Shown: piece after piece, positions 33,100 to 42,457 of the stretch
How positions within the stretch are numbered: position 1 is the stretch's first letter
How the letters are laid out: each line of letters begins with the position of its first letter
Source: Microcoleus sp.
GTDB lineage: Bacteria > Cyanobacteriota > Cyanobacteriia > Cyanobacteriales > Microcoleaceae
Direction of reading: 5' to 3'
NCBI GenBank assembly: GCA_052279835.1
Contig: CP181291.1
Coordinates: 1,504,001 to 1,568,000, forward strand
Length of the DNA stretch: 64,000 nt
Made by a program: the position numbers and the translations under genes
The notes under the pieces: model-generated
What the model was told of the DNA's origin: nothing
The model's database searches: none
Seen by the model: only the letters and a program-made list of their open reading frames with translations

Positions 33100-33247
33100 G
33101 AGGCAGAGCCTCTTGATCTGCGTTCCCAGGCAGAGCTTGGGAACGAGGATAGGCAGAGCCTCTTGATCTGCGTTCCCAGGCAGAGCTTGGGAACGAGGAT
33201 AGGCAGAGCTTGGGAGCGAGGATAGGCAGAGCTTGGGAACGAGGATA
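33100..33247 (-). repeat. REP units downstream of RAYT, inverted orientation
   Basis: Two 50-bp units AGGCAGAGCCTCTTGATCTGCGTTCCCAGGCAGAGCTTGGGAACGAGGAT plus two partial units. Confidence 0.92.
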
Positions 33248-33309
33248 GGATAAACGAAGATAATTAACCCTCTTGCTGCTAAAATATCACCAATCAACAA
33301 CAAAAAATC

Positions 33310-33741
33310 ATGAAAAAGTCACATCTGTTTCTAGCCACCCTCACTTCCATCGTCATGGTTATCGGAATTAGTGGTAAGGCTTTACTACAACCATTGCCTC
33401 CCCTGCCTCCTCAGCCTCAAAAGTCTGCACAGCCTAACCAAAAAGCTAGTCAGAAACCCTCATTGCCCACCGACAAAACTCCCTTACCCGATCCTGATAC
33501 TTTGCTAGATATCGTATCGAATTTCGTAATCAAAAAATACCAAAGCACTTCCTGTGAAGAGTTAGCTAAGATGAAACCCCAACCTAACAAGAGTTCCGCC
33601 ACTGCTGGAACACCGGAATCAGTCCTTCAGACTAAGGCAGTGGAAATGTTGCGGAAGAATCCTGAGATGCGGAAGAAGTTTATTAATCGAGTCGCCGGAC
33701 CGATGGCTAATAAGATGTTTGAATGTAAATTGATTCCCTAA
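33310..33741 (+). CDS. Small exported protein, paralog 1
   Basis: Signal-peptide-like N-terminus; SCEEL...FINRVAGPMANKMFECKLIP. Confidence 0.8.
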   Translation: MKKSHLFLATLTSIVMVIGISGKALLQPLPPLPPQPQKSAQPNQKASQKPSLPTDKTPLPDPDTLLDIVSNFVIKKYQSTSCEELAKMKPQPNKSSATAGTPESVLQTKAVEMLRKNPEMRKKFINRVAGPMANKMFECKLIP

Positions 33742-33754
33742 AGAGGACAAATTT

Positions 33755-34090
33755 ATGAAAAAATTTCATCTTTTGTTTCTAGGCTTTTTAACTTCTGTGG
33801 GAATGGTTGTCAGTTCCTGTGACAGTTTTGTATCTCAGGAAGCTTTGTTGGATATTGCTGTCAATTTTGCGATCGCCAAATACGAAAAAGCTTCCTGTGA
33901 AGAAGTGGCCCAAATGCAGCCTCAGTCTAAGTCCACACCAGATTCAACAACTGATGGGGGGAAACAAGCTGCTCTGCAAGCAAAAGCGATCGAACTCTTG
34001 CAGAACAATCCTGAACTCCGTCAGAAATTTATCGATCGCGTCGCCGGACCCATTGCTAATAAGATGTTTGAATGTAACTTAATTCCCTAG
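33755..34090 (+). CDS. Small exported protein or lipoprotein, paralog 2
   Basis: Lipobox-like VSSC; SCEEV...FIDRVAGPIANKMFECNLIP. Confidence 0.8.
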   Translation: MKKFHLLFLGFLTSVGMVVSSCDSFVSQEALLDIAVNFAIAKYEKASCEEVAQMQPQSKSTPDSTTDGGKQAALQAKAIELLQNNPELRQKFIDRVAGPIANKMFECNLIP

Positions 34091-34168
34091 ATTTATATTA
34101 AAATCTTAGTAGGGCATAGAGAAATGTTTGTAACGAACAGCTATCTAAAATATAACATCTAAAATCCC

Positions 34169-34615
34169 ATGACTAATTGGTTAGAACATAGCGTACAAGT
34201 AGAAGTAGCAATTCCCATCGAATTAGCGTGGAAACTGTGGTCAGACTTAGAGCAAATGCCACGCTGGATGAAGTGGATAGAATCAGTTCGCATTCTCGAA
34301 GACAACCCGGAATTGTCGAGGTGGAAACTCGCCACTGGTGGCTTAGAATTTAGCTGGCTGTCTCGGATTTTAAAATTAGTCCCCAATCAGATTATGCAGT
34401 GGGAATCAGTAGACGGTTTGCCCAATCGAGGTGCGGTGCGGTTTTACGATCGCAAAAACAGCAGCATTGTCAAACTAACCGTAGCCTATGGCATTCCCGG
34501 ATGGTTGGCAAAATTGATGGACAATTCCTTTGTGGGGCGGGTAGTTGAATCGACACTTCAGGCAGATTTAGAAAGGTTTAAAGAGTATGCCCTGAAAGTT
34601 AAGGCAACATCCTAA
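34169..34615 (+). CDS. SRPBCC/polyketide cyclase family protein
   Basis: WLEHSVQVEV, WSDLEQMPRWM, WESVDGLPNRGAVRF, ADLERFK. Confidence 0.88.
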   Translation: MTNWLEHSVQVEVAIPIELAWKLWSDLEQMPRWMKWIESVRILEDNPELSRWKLATGGLEFSWLSRILKLVPNQIMQWESVDGLPNRGAVRFYDRKNSSIVKLTVAYGIPGWLAKLMDNSFVGRVVESTLQADLERFKEYALKVKATS

Positions 34616-34773
34616 ATTCTGATGACTAAAGTCCTCATTACAAACCAACATTCCCTTGATAGTAAGGACTTTAGTCCGTCTGAAAGTTAGTTTTTTAACG
34701 ATCGCGCGAGGCTCCATCTCCCATAGGTTTTCGTATGATAGAGATATCCTGCTGATTCATTCCTCGCTTGGTT

Positions 34774-36780
34774 ATGAGTTACTGCCTCAATCCTGCTTGT
34801 CAAAACCCCCAAAATGCCGATCGCACCCAATTTTGTCTTAATTGTGGCAGCAAACTCTTGCTCAGAGAGCGTTACCGGGCCCTAAAACCCCTGGGGCGAG
34901 GGGGTTTTGGCCGCACTTTTTTAGCCATAGATGAAGACAAACCCTCCAAACCTCGCTGCGCCATCAAACAATTTTTCCCCTTAGCCCAAGGTACTAGCAG
35001 CACCCAGAAAGCAGCAGAATTATTCAACCGAGAAGCCGTGCGCCTGGACGAATTGGGAAAACACCCACAAATTCCCGAATTACTGGCCCACTTTCAGCAG
35101 GAAAACTATCAATATTTGGTGCAAGAATTTATCGAAGGTCAGAATTTACAGCAAGAGTTGGCGCGACACGGGGCCTTTAGCGAAAATCAAATTCTCAGTT
35201 TGCTGAAGGATTTATTGCCAGTATTGGAGTTTGTCCACTCGCGCAGTGTCATTCACCGAGATATTAAACCACCAAATATTATCCGTCGCCGCCCGGTTCA
35301 ACCTTCCATTATTTATACTTACCCAACCCTAACGGGAGAATTAGTTTTAGTGGATTTTGGTGCGGCCAAAGTTGTCGAGGGTTCCAGAGAAACTGGTACT
35401 GTCATCGGTTCTCCCGAATTTGTCGCGCCGGAACAAATTCGAGGTCAAGCGGTTTTTGCCAGCGATTTGTATAGTTTGGGAGTAACTTGCATTTATTTGA
35501 TGACTCAAGTATCGCCTTTTGATTTGTTCGATCTCAATCAAGATGTTTGGGTTTGGCGAGACTTTGTGAAGGTGCCAATCGATCCGAAATTGGGTCGCAT
35601 TCTCGACAAAATGATCGAACCGAGTCTGAGTCGGCGCTACAAATCTGTGGCGCAGGTACTCCCAGATTTGCTACCGCAGCCGTCGGCGGGGACGGGCACG
35701 GCGACACCAGCCCAGTCAGCCCCCGCCATTCCCGTGCAGCAGAGGATGCCTGTGGTGCAAAATACACTGCCACCAACGGTTGCAGGCACTATTTTACCTG
35801 TGCCACAGATGCAGCGGGTTGTGCCGGCACAGGCCTCCACTTGGCGGTGTGTTCATACTCTGGTAGGCCACTCCAATGCTGTCACGTCGGTAGCTTTTAG
35901 TCCTGATGGTCAAACTTTGGCTAGTGGTAGCGAGGACAAGACGATTGAGATGTGGAAGTTGGATACCCTCAAGCGCTGGTATACTCTCACTGGCCATTCT
36001 GACTGGGTGACTGCTGTGGCTTTTAGTCCTGATGGGGCGACTTTGGCTAGCAGTGGGCGGGACAAAATGATTCACATTTGGGATTTGAATAAGGGTAAGT
36101 GGTGGTACGCTTTGGCTGGTCATTCTGACAGGGTTGCTGCTGTGGCGTTTAGCCCCAATGGTCAGGTTTTGGCTAGTGGGAGTCGGGACAAGAGTGTGTT
36201 GTTGTGGAATTTGAATAAGGGAAGGCGGATGTCGGCTTTGATTGGTCACGCTGATGGGGTGGAAGCGGTGGCTTTTAGTGCGGATGGGGAGTTTTTGGTT
36301 AGCGGGAGTCGGGACAAGACTTTGCGGTTGTGGGATTGGCAAACTGGTCGATCGATTTGTACTTTAGCAGAGCACGGGGATTGGGTGCGATCGACTGTTT
36401 TTGCTGGGAACTTCCCTCACCCCAACCACACCAGGGGAGGGGTAGGAGAGGGATTGATTTTGGTGAGTGGGAGTCGGGATGGTACGGCGAAGTTGTGGCG
36501 GGTGGATGCCCAGGAGGGGCGTGGCAGCTTGTTGCGGAGTTTCAGGGATAATTCTGGGGATGTTTTGTGTCTGGCTTTGAGCCCGGATGGTCGGGTTTTG
36601 GCTAGTGGGAGTCGGGATGGCACGGTTTATTTGTGGGATGCCCAGGCGGGGGGTTTGTTGGAAATTTTGTCGGGCCACGGGGGGGAGGTTTTGTCTGTGG
36701 CGTTTAGTGCCGATGGGGGTAGTTTGGCTAGTGGTGGGGGCGATCGCACTGTGAAAATTTGGCGCCGAATTGGCGATTAG
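34774..36780 (+). CDS. Ser/Thr protein kinase with N-terminal 4-Cys motif and C-terminal WD40 repeats
   Basis: YCLNPAC...FCLNCG, LGRGGFG, HRDIKP, DFG, APE; GH...W repeats; likely ATG at 34774. Confidence 0.93.
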   Translation: MSYCLNPACQNPQNADRTQFCLNCGSKLLLRERYRALKPLGRGGFGRTFLAIDEDKPSKPRCAIKQFFPLAQGTSSTQKAAELFNREAVRLDELGKHPQIPELLAHFQQENYQYLVQEFIEGQNLQQELARHGAFSENQILSLLKDLLPVLEFVHSRSVIHRDIKPPNIIRRRPVQPSIIYTYPTLTGELVLVDFGAAKVVEGSRETGTVIGSPEFVAPEQIRGQAVFASDLYSLGVTCIYLMTQVSPFDLFDLNQDVWVWRDFVKVPIDPKLGRILDKMIEPSLSRRYKSVAQVLPDLLPQPSAGTGTATPAQSAPAIPVQQRMPVVQNTLPPTVAGTILPVPQMQRVVPAQASTWRCVHTLVGHSNAVTSVAFSPDGQTLASGSEDKTIEMWKLDTLKRWYTLTGHSDWVTAVAFSPDGATLASSGRDKMIHIWDLNKGKWWYALAGHSDRVAAVAFSPNGQVLASGSRDKSVLLWNLNKGRRMSALIGHADGVEAVAFSADGEFLVSGSRDKTLRLWDWQTGRSICTLAEHGDWVRSTVFAGNFPHPNHTRGGVGEGLILVSGSRDGTAKLWRVDAQEGRGSLLRSFRDNSGDVLCLALSPDGRVLASGSRDGTVYLWDAQAGGLLEILSGHGGEVLSVAFSADGGSLASGGGDRTVKIWRRIGD

Positions 36781-36800
36781 AAAAAATTTAATTTTTCTGC

Positions 36801-36830
36801 TTGACATTCAAGGGATAGTTCTGCTACATT
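36801..36830 (+). promoter_or_regulatory. Putative tRNA promoter
   Basis: TTGACA-N18-TACATT 12 bp upstream of the tRNA. Confidence 0.55.
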
Positions 36831-36842
36831 AGGAATTCGTGA

Positions 36843-36916
<74 letters not shown>

Positions 36917-37096
36917 TGAATTTGATTCCCATACCACATTAGCATTTCATTTCCCCCTAGGATCTCAATGTAGTGCTACTATGCGGTTTGTATCCGTTTT
37001 CTAAACTTAGCATCCTGGTTTTCTCTGAGTCCGCATCGGCGGACTTTGCTTGTTTAGAAGCGATGTTCATCGCCGAATTTGAAAGGGTTTTCAACT

Positions 37097-40000
37097 ATGA
37101 TTGATATTGGTTCCTTGGTCCGATCGCCTAAAAACGATTTGGGAGTCGGAAAAGTGGTCGAATTATCCCGCACCGAAGCCCTAATTGAATATTTTTGCTC
37201 AGTTAAACACCGCCTTACCAAAACAGTACCCCTAGGTTTACTCCAAGAAGCCAGACTTCAGCGCCAAACTCGATGCTACCTCTGGAGCACCACGTTAGAG
37301 CGCTGGATTATTGGTCGGATTTATGACTGGGATGAAGATAGAATGCTCTACGACATCGACCTCCCTGATAGTCAAAGCATACAAGCTGTCGAAACAGATA
37401 TTTATGTTCGCTGCAATATCCCGATCGCCGATCCGATCGACATTTTAGCCGTCAAAGGTCAAGAAACTCCCTATTTTCACGATCGCCGACTCGCCTTCGT
37501 TCAATCTACCATCACCCAGCGCGCCGTCAGCCGCGGTATGACAGGTTTGATTTCTGCCAACATAGACCTCTATCCTCACCAAGTTGAAGTCGTGCGGCGC
37601 GTCCTAGAAGACCCGATTGGACGCTATTTATTAGCAGATGAAGTAGGATTGGGAAAAACCGTAGAAGCTGGGACAATTCTCCGCCAATTTCTCCTAGATG
37701 ATCCCAATGGACGCGCTGTGGTGATGGTTCCCAAATACCTAACTCAGCAGTGGCGCGATGAGTTAGAAAATAAGTTCTATTTGTCTCATTTTGCCGATCG
37801 AGTCCAGCTAGTTTCTCTTAGCGAAATTAATCAAGTTAGTCGCAATGCTAATCTAGATTTTCTGATTGTGGATGAAGCCCATGAGCTTGCTGCGATGGCT
37901 TATTCGGGCGATCGCACTCAGAAGCAGTGCTTTGAAATTTGCCAAACCCTAGCTCACAAAACCAAAAATTTATTGTTATTATCTGCGACACCAGTTTTGG
38001 GACACGAGCAAGAGTTTCTCACAATGTTAAACTTGCTAGACCCCACAACTTACCGTCTTGATGATTTGGCAAATTTCAAAGAACAGGTGCAAAATCGCCA
38101 GGAAATCGGGCGCGCCTTGCTGGATTTTCGAGCAGAAACTAACCCAGGGGTTTTGCAAACAAAACTCGCTCAACTCCGCACTTTTTTTGCTCAAGATGAT
38201 TATTTAATCGGATTAGCAAATGAATTAGAAAGTTGTTGGAAAACTGAAGCAACCACAGAATGCGATCGCCTTGTCAGAACTATTCGCACCCACGTTAGCG
38301 ATACCTACCGTCTGTACCGCCGAATGCTTCGCAATCGCCGAGACGCAGTGGAAGATGTGATGTTCGATCGAGATACTCTCCCCAAAGTTGAGTACGATCT
38401 CAATGACGAACAGTGGTCGGAAATTCACAGTATCCTGGAAAAATGGCGGACTCTGGCTCCTAATAAGAGCACCTATCAAAAAATCTTTCTGCTGTTTTTC
38501 CGAACTTCCGGTACCTGGCTGAATGTTTTGGAACGGGTTGTGAAAGCTCGTTTACAAAAGAAATCGACGGCGGAACTCGATCGCGAATTTGGGTCCAAGT
38601 ACATGGGGATTGTGACTCAAACCGCCATGTTTTCAGGAGAAAGCGCCATCTTAGAATCTTTGCTCAATGCCCTAGAAAAGCCCCAGGAAGGAGTGGACAG
38701 ACTGAGTTTGTTGAGAATCGTCATTATCCGATTTCTAGGCGTTGCTTTGAAGATTCCACCGGAGTATCACAGCAAAGCTCGCGATTTGTTGTCCCGAATT
38801 CAACAGCAAATTAAAAGACCGCTTCCCGGTGATAAATTCCCCAAAATAGTCATCTTTACCAGTTTTAATGAAACTTGTAAAGCCATTGCTGAAAATTTAG
38901 CGAAGATTTTGGGCAAAAATGCGATCGCCACCCATGAGACTAGCAAAGCAGCCGCGGATGTTGAAGGGAATTTGAAACGGTTTAAGACTGAGCCAAATTG
39001 CTTTATCCTAGTCTGCGATCGTTCGGCGGAAACAGGCATAAATCTGCAATTTATTGATTGGTTAATTCACTTCGATTTACCGTGGCTTCCCAATCAGTTA
39101 GAACAAAGATTAAGTAGAGTCGATCGCATTGGTAGCAAAATGGGAGTGCAGTTTTGTTTGTTTGCAGGCCCAGATTTGCCAGAAAGTCCCCACGAAGCTT
39201 GGTTTCAAGTTTTAAAAGATGGGTTTGATATCTTCAACAAATCTATTGCTAGTCTTCAGTTTTATGTCAATGAAAAAATGCCAAAACTTGAAGAGAAATT
39301 GCTGACAGAAGGAGCAAAAGGCCTAGCTAGCGAAATTGAATTAATCAAAACTGAAATCGTCGCCGCCAAAGTCAAAATTGACGAACAACAGGTTTTGGAT
39401 GAAATTGACCTGTTTGAGGAAAGTGCATCTGAGTATTTTCAATCCCTCGATGATTGCGATGCTAAACATAAAGAAATGCAGCGGGCGACGGAAGGTTGGA
39501 TCTGTCAAGCTCTGAATTTCAAACAGGTTGAACATCCGAGTATATCGGGGTTGGTGCGCTATCAACCTAGTCAAAAAACCTTGATTCCTTCCAATGATTT
39601 GAGAACCCGATTGATTCCCTATTGTCAGCAATATGGTAGTTACAATCGCCGCGTTGCTCACCAAAATTTGGATGTCGCTCTTTACCGCATTGGTGAGGGA
39701 TTGATCGATGCGCTTAGTTCCTATATTCGCTGGGACGATCGGGGCCAAGCTTTTGCATTGTGGCGTCACGATGAAAGTTGGGATGCGGAGGAAGGAAAGG
39801 AGTGGTTTGGGTTACAATTTAATTATTCAATCCAGACAGATTTGCAACCTGCTTCGCAAGTATTGCAAACTCAAAATATCGAAAATTACAATTTGAAAGC
39901 TTTGCAAAGACGGGCTGATGCTCTGTTTTTGCCTGTTTTTGAAACGGTGTTTGTTGATGCTCGCAGCGAGCAGATGTTGCTGGTGGAAGATGAGGAAATT

Positions 40001-40432
40001 CTGAATATTTTGCAGCGCCCTTATAAGGGGAAAGGTGGCCCGAATCGAGATTATAATTTGTCGAAAAATCGGACTGCGATTCTCGACAGTTTTGTCGATC
40101 CGCTAGAATGGGATGATTTTTGTCAACGGGGAAGGCTGAGATCGGAGGAATTGCTGCGTGGGCGATCGGCTTTTGTCGAAATGTGCGAGCGATCGGCTCT
40201 GAGTGCTACAATTGAACTGGAAAACCGGGTGAATCAATTGCAATTGCGCTTGAATCGGCTGTCTCAATCTGAACAACTTTTAGAGTCGGTTTTGACCGAT
40301 GAAATTAGCACAGAAAGTATGTTAAGTCAAGCTGTTTTAGCGGGAATTCGTCATCCACATCTGACTCTGGAATCGGTTGGATTTATTGTGATTTCTGGGC
40401 GGGCTCCTGTCAAGTCGGAGGATGAAGGATAA
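37097..40432 (+). CDS. dpdE: SNF2/RapA-like SF2 helicase, DpdE-like
   Basis: YPHQ, LLADEVGLGKT, DEAH, LSATP, ETGINLQ, HFDLPW.PNQLEQR..RVDRIG; N-terminus resembles cyanobacterial DpdE (recall). Confidence 0.7.
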   Translation: MIDIGSLVRSPKNDLGVGKVVELSRTEALIEYFCSVKHRLTKTVPLGLLQEARLQRQTRCYLWSTTLERWIIGRIYDWDEDRMLYDIDLPDSQSIQAVETDIYVRCNIPIADPIDILAVKGQETPYFHDRRLAFVQSTITQRAVSRGMTGLISANIDLYPHQVEVVRRVLEDPIGRYLLADEVGLGKTVEAGTILRQFLLDDPNGRAVVMVPKYLTQQWRDELENKFYLSHFADRVQLVSLSEINQVSRNANLDFLIVDEAHELAAMAYSGDRTQKQCFEICQTLAHKTKNLLLLSATPVLGHEQEFLTMLNLLDPTTYRLDDLANFKEQVQNRQEIGRALLDFRAETNPGVLQTKLAQLRTFFAQDDYLIGLANELESCWKTEATTECDRLVRTIRTHVSDTYRLYRRMLRNRRDAVEDVMFDRDTLPKVEYDLNDEQWSEIHSILEKWRTLAPNKSTYQKIFLLFFRTSGTWLNVLERVVKARLQKKSTAELDREFGSKYMGIVTQTAMFSGESAILESLLNALEKPQEGVDRLSLLRIVIIRFLGVALKIPPEYHSKARDLLSRIQQQIKRPLPGDKFPKIVIFTSFNETCKAIAENLAKILGKNAIATHETSKAAADVEGNLKRFKTEPNCFILVCDRSAETGINLQFIDWLIHFDLPWLPNQLEQRLSRVDRIGSKMGVQFCLFAGPDLPESPHEAWFQVLKDGFDIFNKSIASLQFYVNEKMPKLEEKLLTEGAKGLASEIELIKTEIVAAKVKIDEQQVLDEIDLFEESASEYFQSLDDCDAKHKEMQRATEGWICQALNFKQVEHPSISGLVRYQPSQKTLIPSNDLRTRLIPYCQQYGSYNRRVAHQNLDVALYRIGEGLIDALSSYIRWDDRGQAFALWRHDESWDAEEGKEWFGLQFNYSIQTDLQPASQVLQTQNIENYNLKALQRRADALFLPVFETVFVDARSEQMLLVEDEEILNILQRPYKGKGGPNRDYNLSKNRTAILDSFVDPLEWDDFCQRGRLRSEELLRGRSAFVEMCERSALSATIELENRVNQLQLRLNRLSQSEQLLESVLTDEISTESMLSQAVLAGIRHPHLTLESVGFIVISGRAPVKSEDEG

Positions 40433-40501
40433 CGGGTTTTCGTGAACTGCGATCGCTCTTGTTTACCGAGGGCGATCCATCGCTAACGATATCTCAAATT
40501 A

Positions 40502-40634
40502 TATCAAATCCTCTCTTCATCGTCCTGTATTAAACTCTCTCTTCTCTTCCTCTTTCCCCCCTTGGGGGGGGCAGGGGGGGGTCGTCCTTAGCGCCTTCGC
40601 GGTTAAATCATTCCCATACAACCGTAATTGATAT
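40502..40634. repeat. MITE-like repeat, copy 1 (contains a C/G-rich insert)
   Basis: TATCAAATCC...ATCGTCCTGTATT...GGTTAAATCATTCC...CAACCGT...GATATTA shared with 42018-42123. Confidence 0.65.
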
Positions 40635-40706
40635 TACCCACCCTGCAATTACCTCCTATATCAACAGCGGGTAAAAAAATAATGAAATGTCGATAGGTGC
40701 GAGGGA

Positions 40707-41960
40707 CTAAACCACCTCAAAAATTGCTCCGCGCTGTTGTAGATTCACTTTCATCTCCTCGGAAAGTCCTGAATTATTTCCAAATCTGGCTGACTCTACA
40801 TTCGCGCCGCTTAGATTGGCATTGGTTAAGTTTACTTCGACTAGATTTGCATTTTCCAAATTCGCACCGCCCAGATTAGCTAAAGCTAGACTTGCTTTGT
40901 ACAAATCTGCACCTTTCAAATCGGCATTTCCTAAGAAAGCACCGCTCAAATCTGCACCGCTGAATTTGGCATTTTGGAGGTTGGCATCGCTGAAGTCAGC
41001 GTCGCTTAAGTCTGCACCCCGGAAATTGGTGCGATCGAGATTTGCACCACTAAAATCCACTGCATTCAAAGTCGTTCCCCGCAGGTTAGCACCCGCCAAA
41101 TCCTGTGCTGGATTAAGATTGGCGATTTTTGCTAATTCTGCAAAATCTGCTGTTTCGGCCCAGATAATGCGATCGACCATTTCCTGCCATGGCGCTTCCT
41201 CAACTTGCGGGACAATTTCCACATCGCGCCTTTTCACCCCCCATGAATCGTCACACAATAGCGCCCAACTCAGAGCTGGCTGGAGTTGATTTGTTGCTAA
41301 ATATAATGTCAGGATTCTTTCTAAAATTGAATGTTGATTTGGGGTAATGTCGTGGGGCCACAAACCTTCGGCATCTGTGACATAAATATCTTCTTTGGCT
41401 ACTTCAAAAACTGCTTCAATCCTAAATTGTGGCGCTGTCAATTCTCCTATTTTAGCACTTTTTAGCAACCCTTTTAAGATGGGTTTTCCCCGTTTCACTT
41501 CAAGTTTCCAAGCGGGTTTGCTCTCATCTCCCATGAGGGAAACGTGGCAAAATGTGTAGTCCGTTTCATCTGTTTCTTCATGAGCGATTGCTCCCTCGTC
41601 GCGTTGATTTTCCGGCGCTTTTTCTGCTATAGGCAATAGCTTGAAATCACCGACTAACTGACACGCTCCCAGGGAAATTTCGGTGTTGGTAAAATTTAAT
41701 TTGAGCGTACCTGATTGTAGTCCAAATTTGACCCTGCCACCGAGCAACGGTTGCCAATGTTCGTTAAAATTGAGGCTGACGTAAAGGTCTAGGTGCTGGG
41801 TTGCTGTTGCAGTCCCCGACACCGGAATTGCTTCTAATTGCATCCACAAGCAATCTGGATATTTGTTATGAGAATCTAGCGATCGCATATCGGGTAGAAT
41901 TGCTGGCGCTACCAGCCGGTAATTAAAAATTTTTTTACTGTCTAACCCCAAATTTATCAC
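40707..41960 (-). CDS. Pentapeptide repeat protein
   Basis: C-terminal A(D/N)LxG pentapeptide tract; start codon uncertain. Confidence 0.85.
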   Translation of the reverse strand: MINLGLDSKKIFNYRLVAPAILPDMRSLDSHNKYPDCLWMQLEAIPVSGTATATQHLDLYVSLNFNEHWQPLLGGRVKFGLQSGTLKLNFTNTEISLGACQLVGDFKLLPIAEKAPENQRDEGAIAHEETDETDYTFCHVSLMGDESKPAWKLEVKRGKPILKGLLKSAKIGELTAPQFRIEAVFEVAKEDIYVTDAEGLWPHDITPNQHSILERILTLYLATNQLQPALSWALLCDDSWGVKRRDVEIVPQVEEAPWQEMVDRIIWAETADFAELAKIANLNPAQDLAGANLRGTTLNAVDFSGANLDRTNFRGADLSDADFSDANLQNAKFSGADLSGAFLGNADLKGADLYKASLALANLGGANLENANLVEVNLTNANLSGANVESARFGNNSGLSEEMKVNLQQRGAIFEVV

Positions 41961-42017
41961 AATGGAGCATTTTTTTCTAGGTTTAATTTGTAAACTTTGT
42001 TTGATTTTCAGAACTTA

Positions 42018-42123
42018 TATCAAATCCGTTGGTATCGTCCTGTATTTATCTCTCTCTTCCGCTCCTCTGTGCCCTGGAGCGCTCTCTGTGGTTAAATCAT
42101 TCCGCTCCAACCGTCAACGATAT
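42018..42123. repeat. MITE-like repeat, copy 2
   Basis: Direct, diverged repeat of 40502-40634. Confidence 0.65.
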
Positions 42124-42163
42124 TAGGCAAAAACCCGGTTTATGAGAAAAAAACGATGATTGT

Positions 42164-42257
42164 GTAGGGGTAGTGCCCAAAAATGCCCACCCCCCTCACA
42201 GACGATTTTATGCACATTTCAGGTCAAAGAGGGCCGGCACGGGGGCACGACCCCTAC
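42164..42257. repeat. GTAG-type REP doublet (REPIN-like)
   Basis: GTAGGGGTAGTGCCC... and inverted ...GGCACGGGGGCACGACCCCTAC. Confidence 0.65.
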
Positions 42258-42457
42258 CAACAATGAAACAGCCCTGCTGGCAAGGGAGGATGGGGGAAAT
42301 TCGGGAAGAAGGAAGAGTGGTGATACAGCAAGATGTTTAGCCATTGAGATCCGATCGCGAAATAGTGACATACTCCCACATCAAATCTGAGTACAGATTA
42401 TGATGTGGGCTTCTTAACAGCCCGATGAAGGGTATGTAAACACAAATCCAGAGAATT

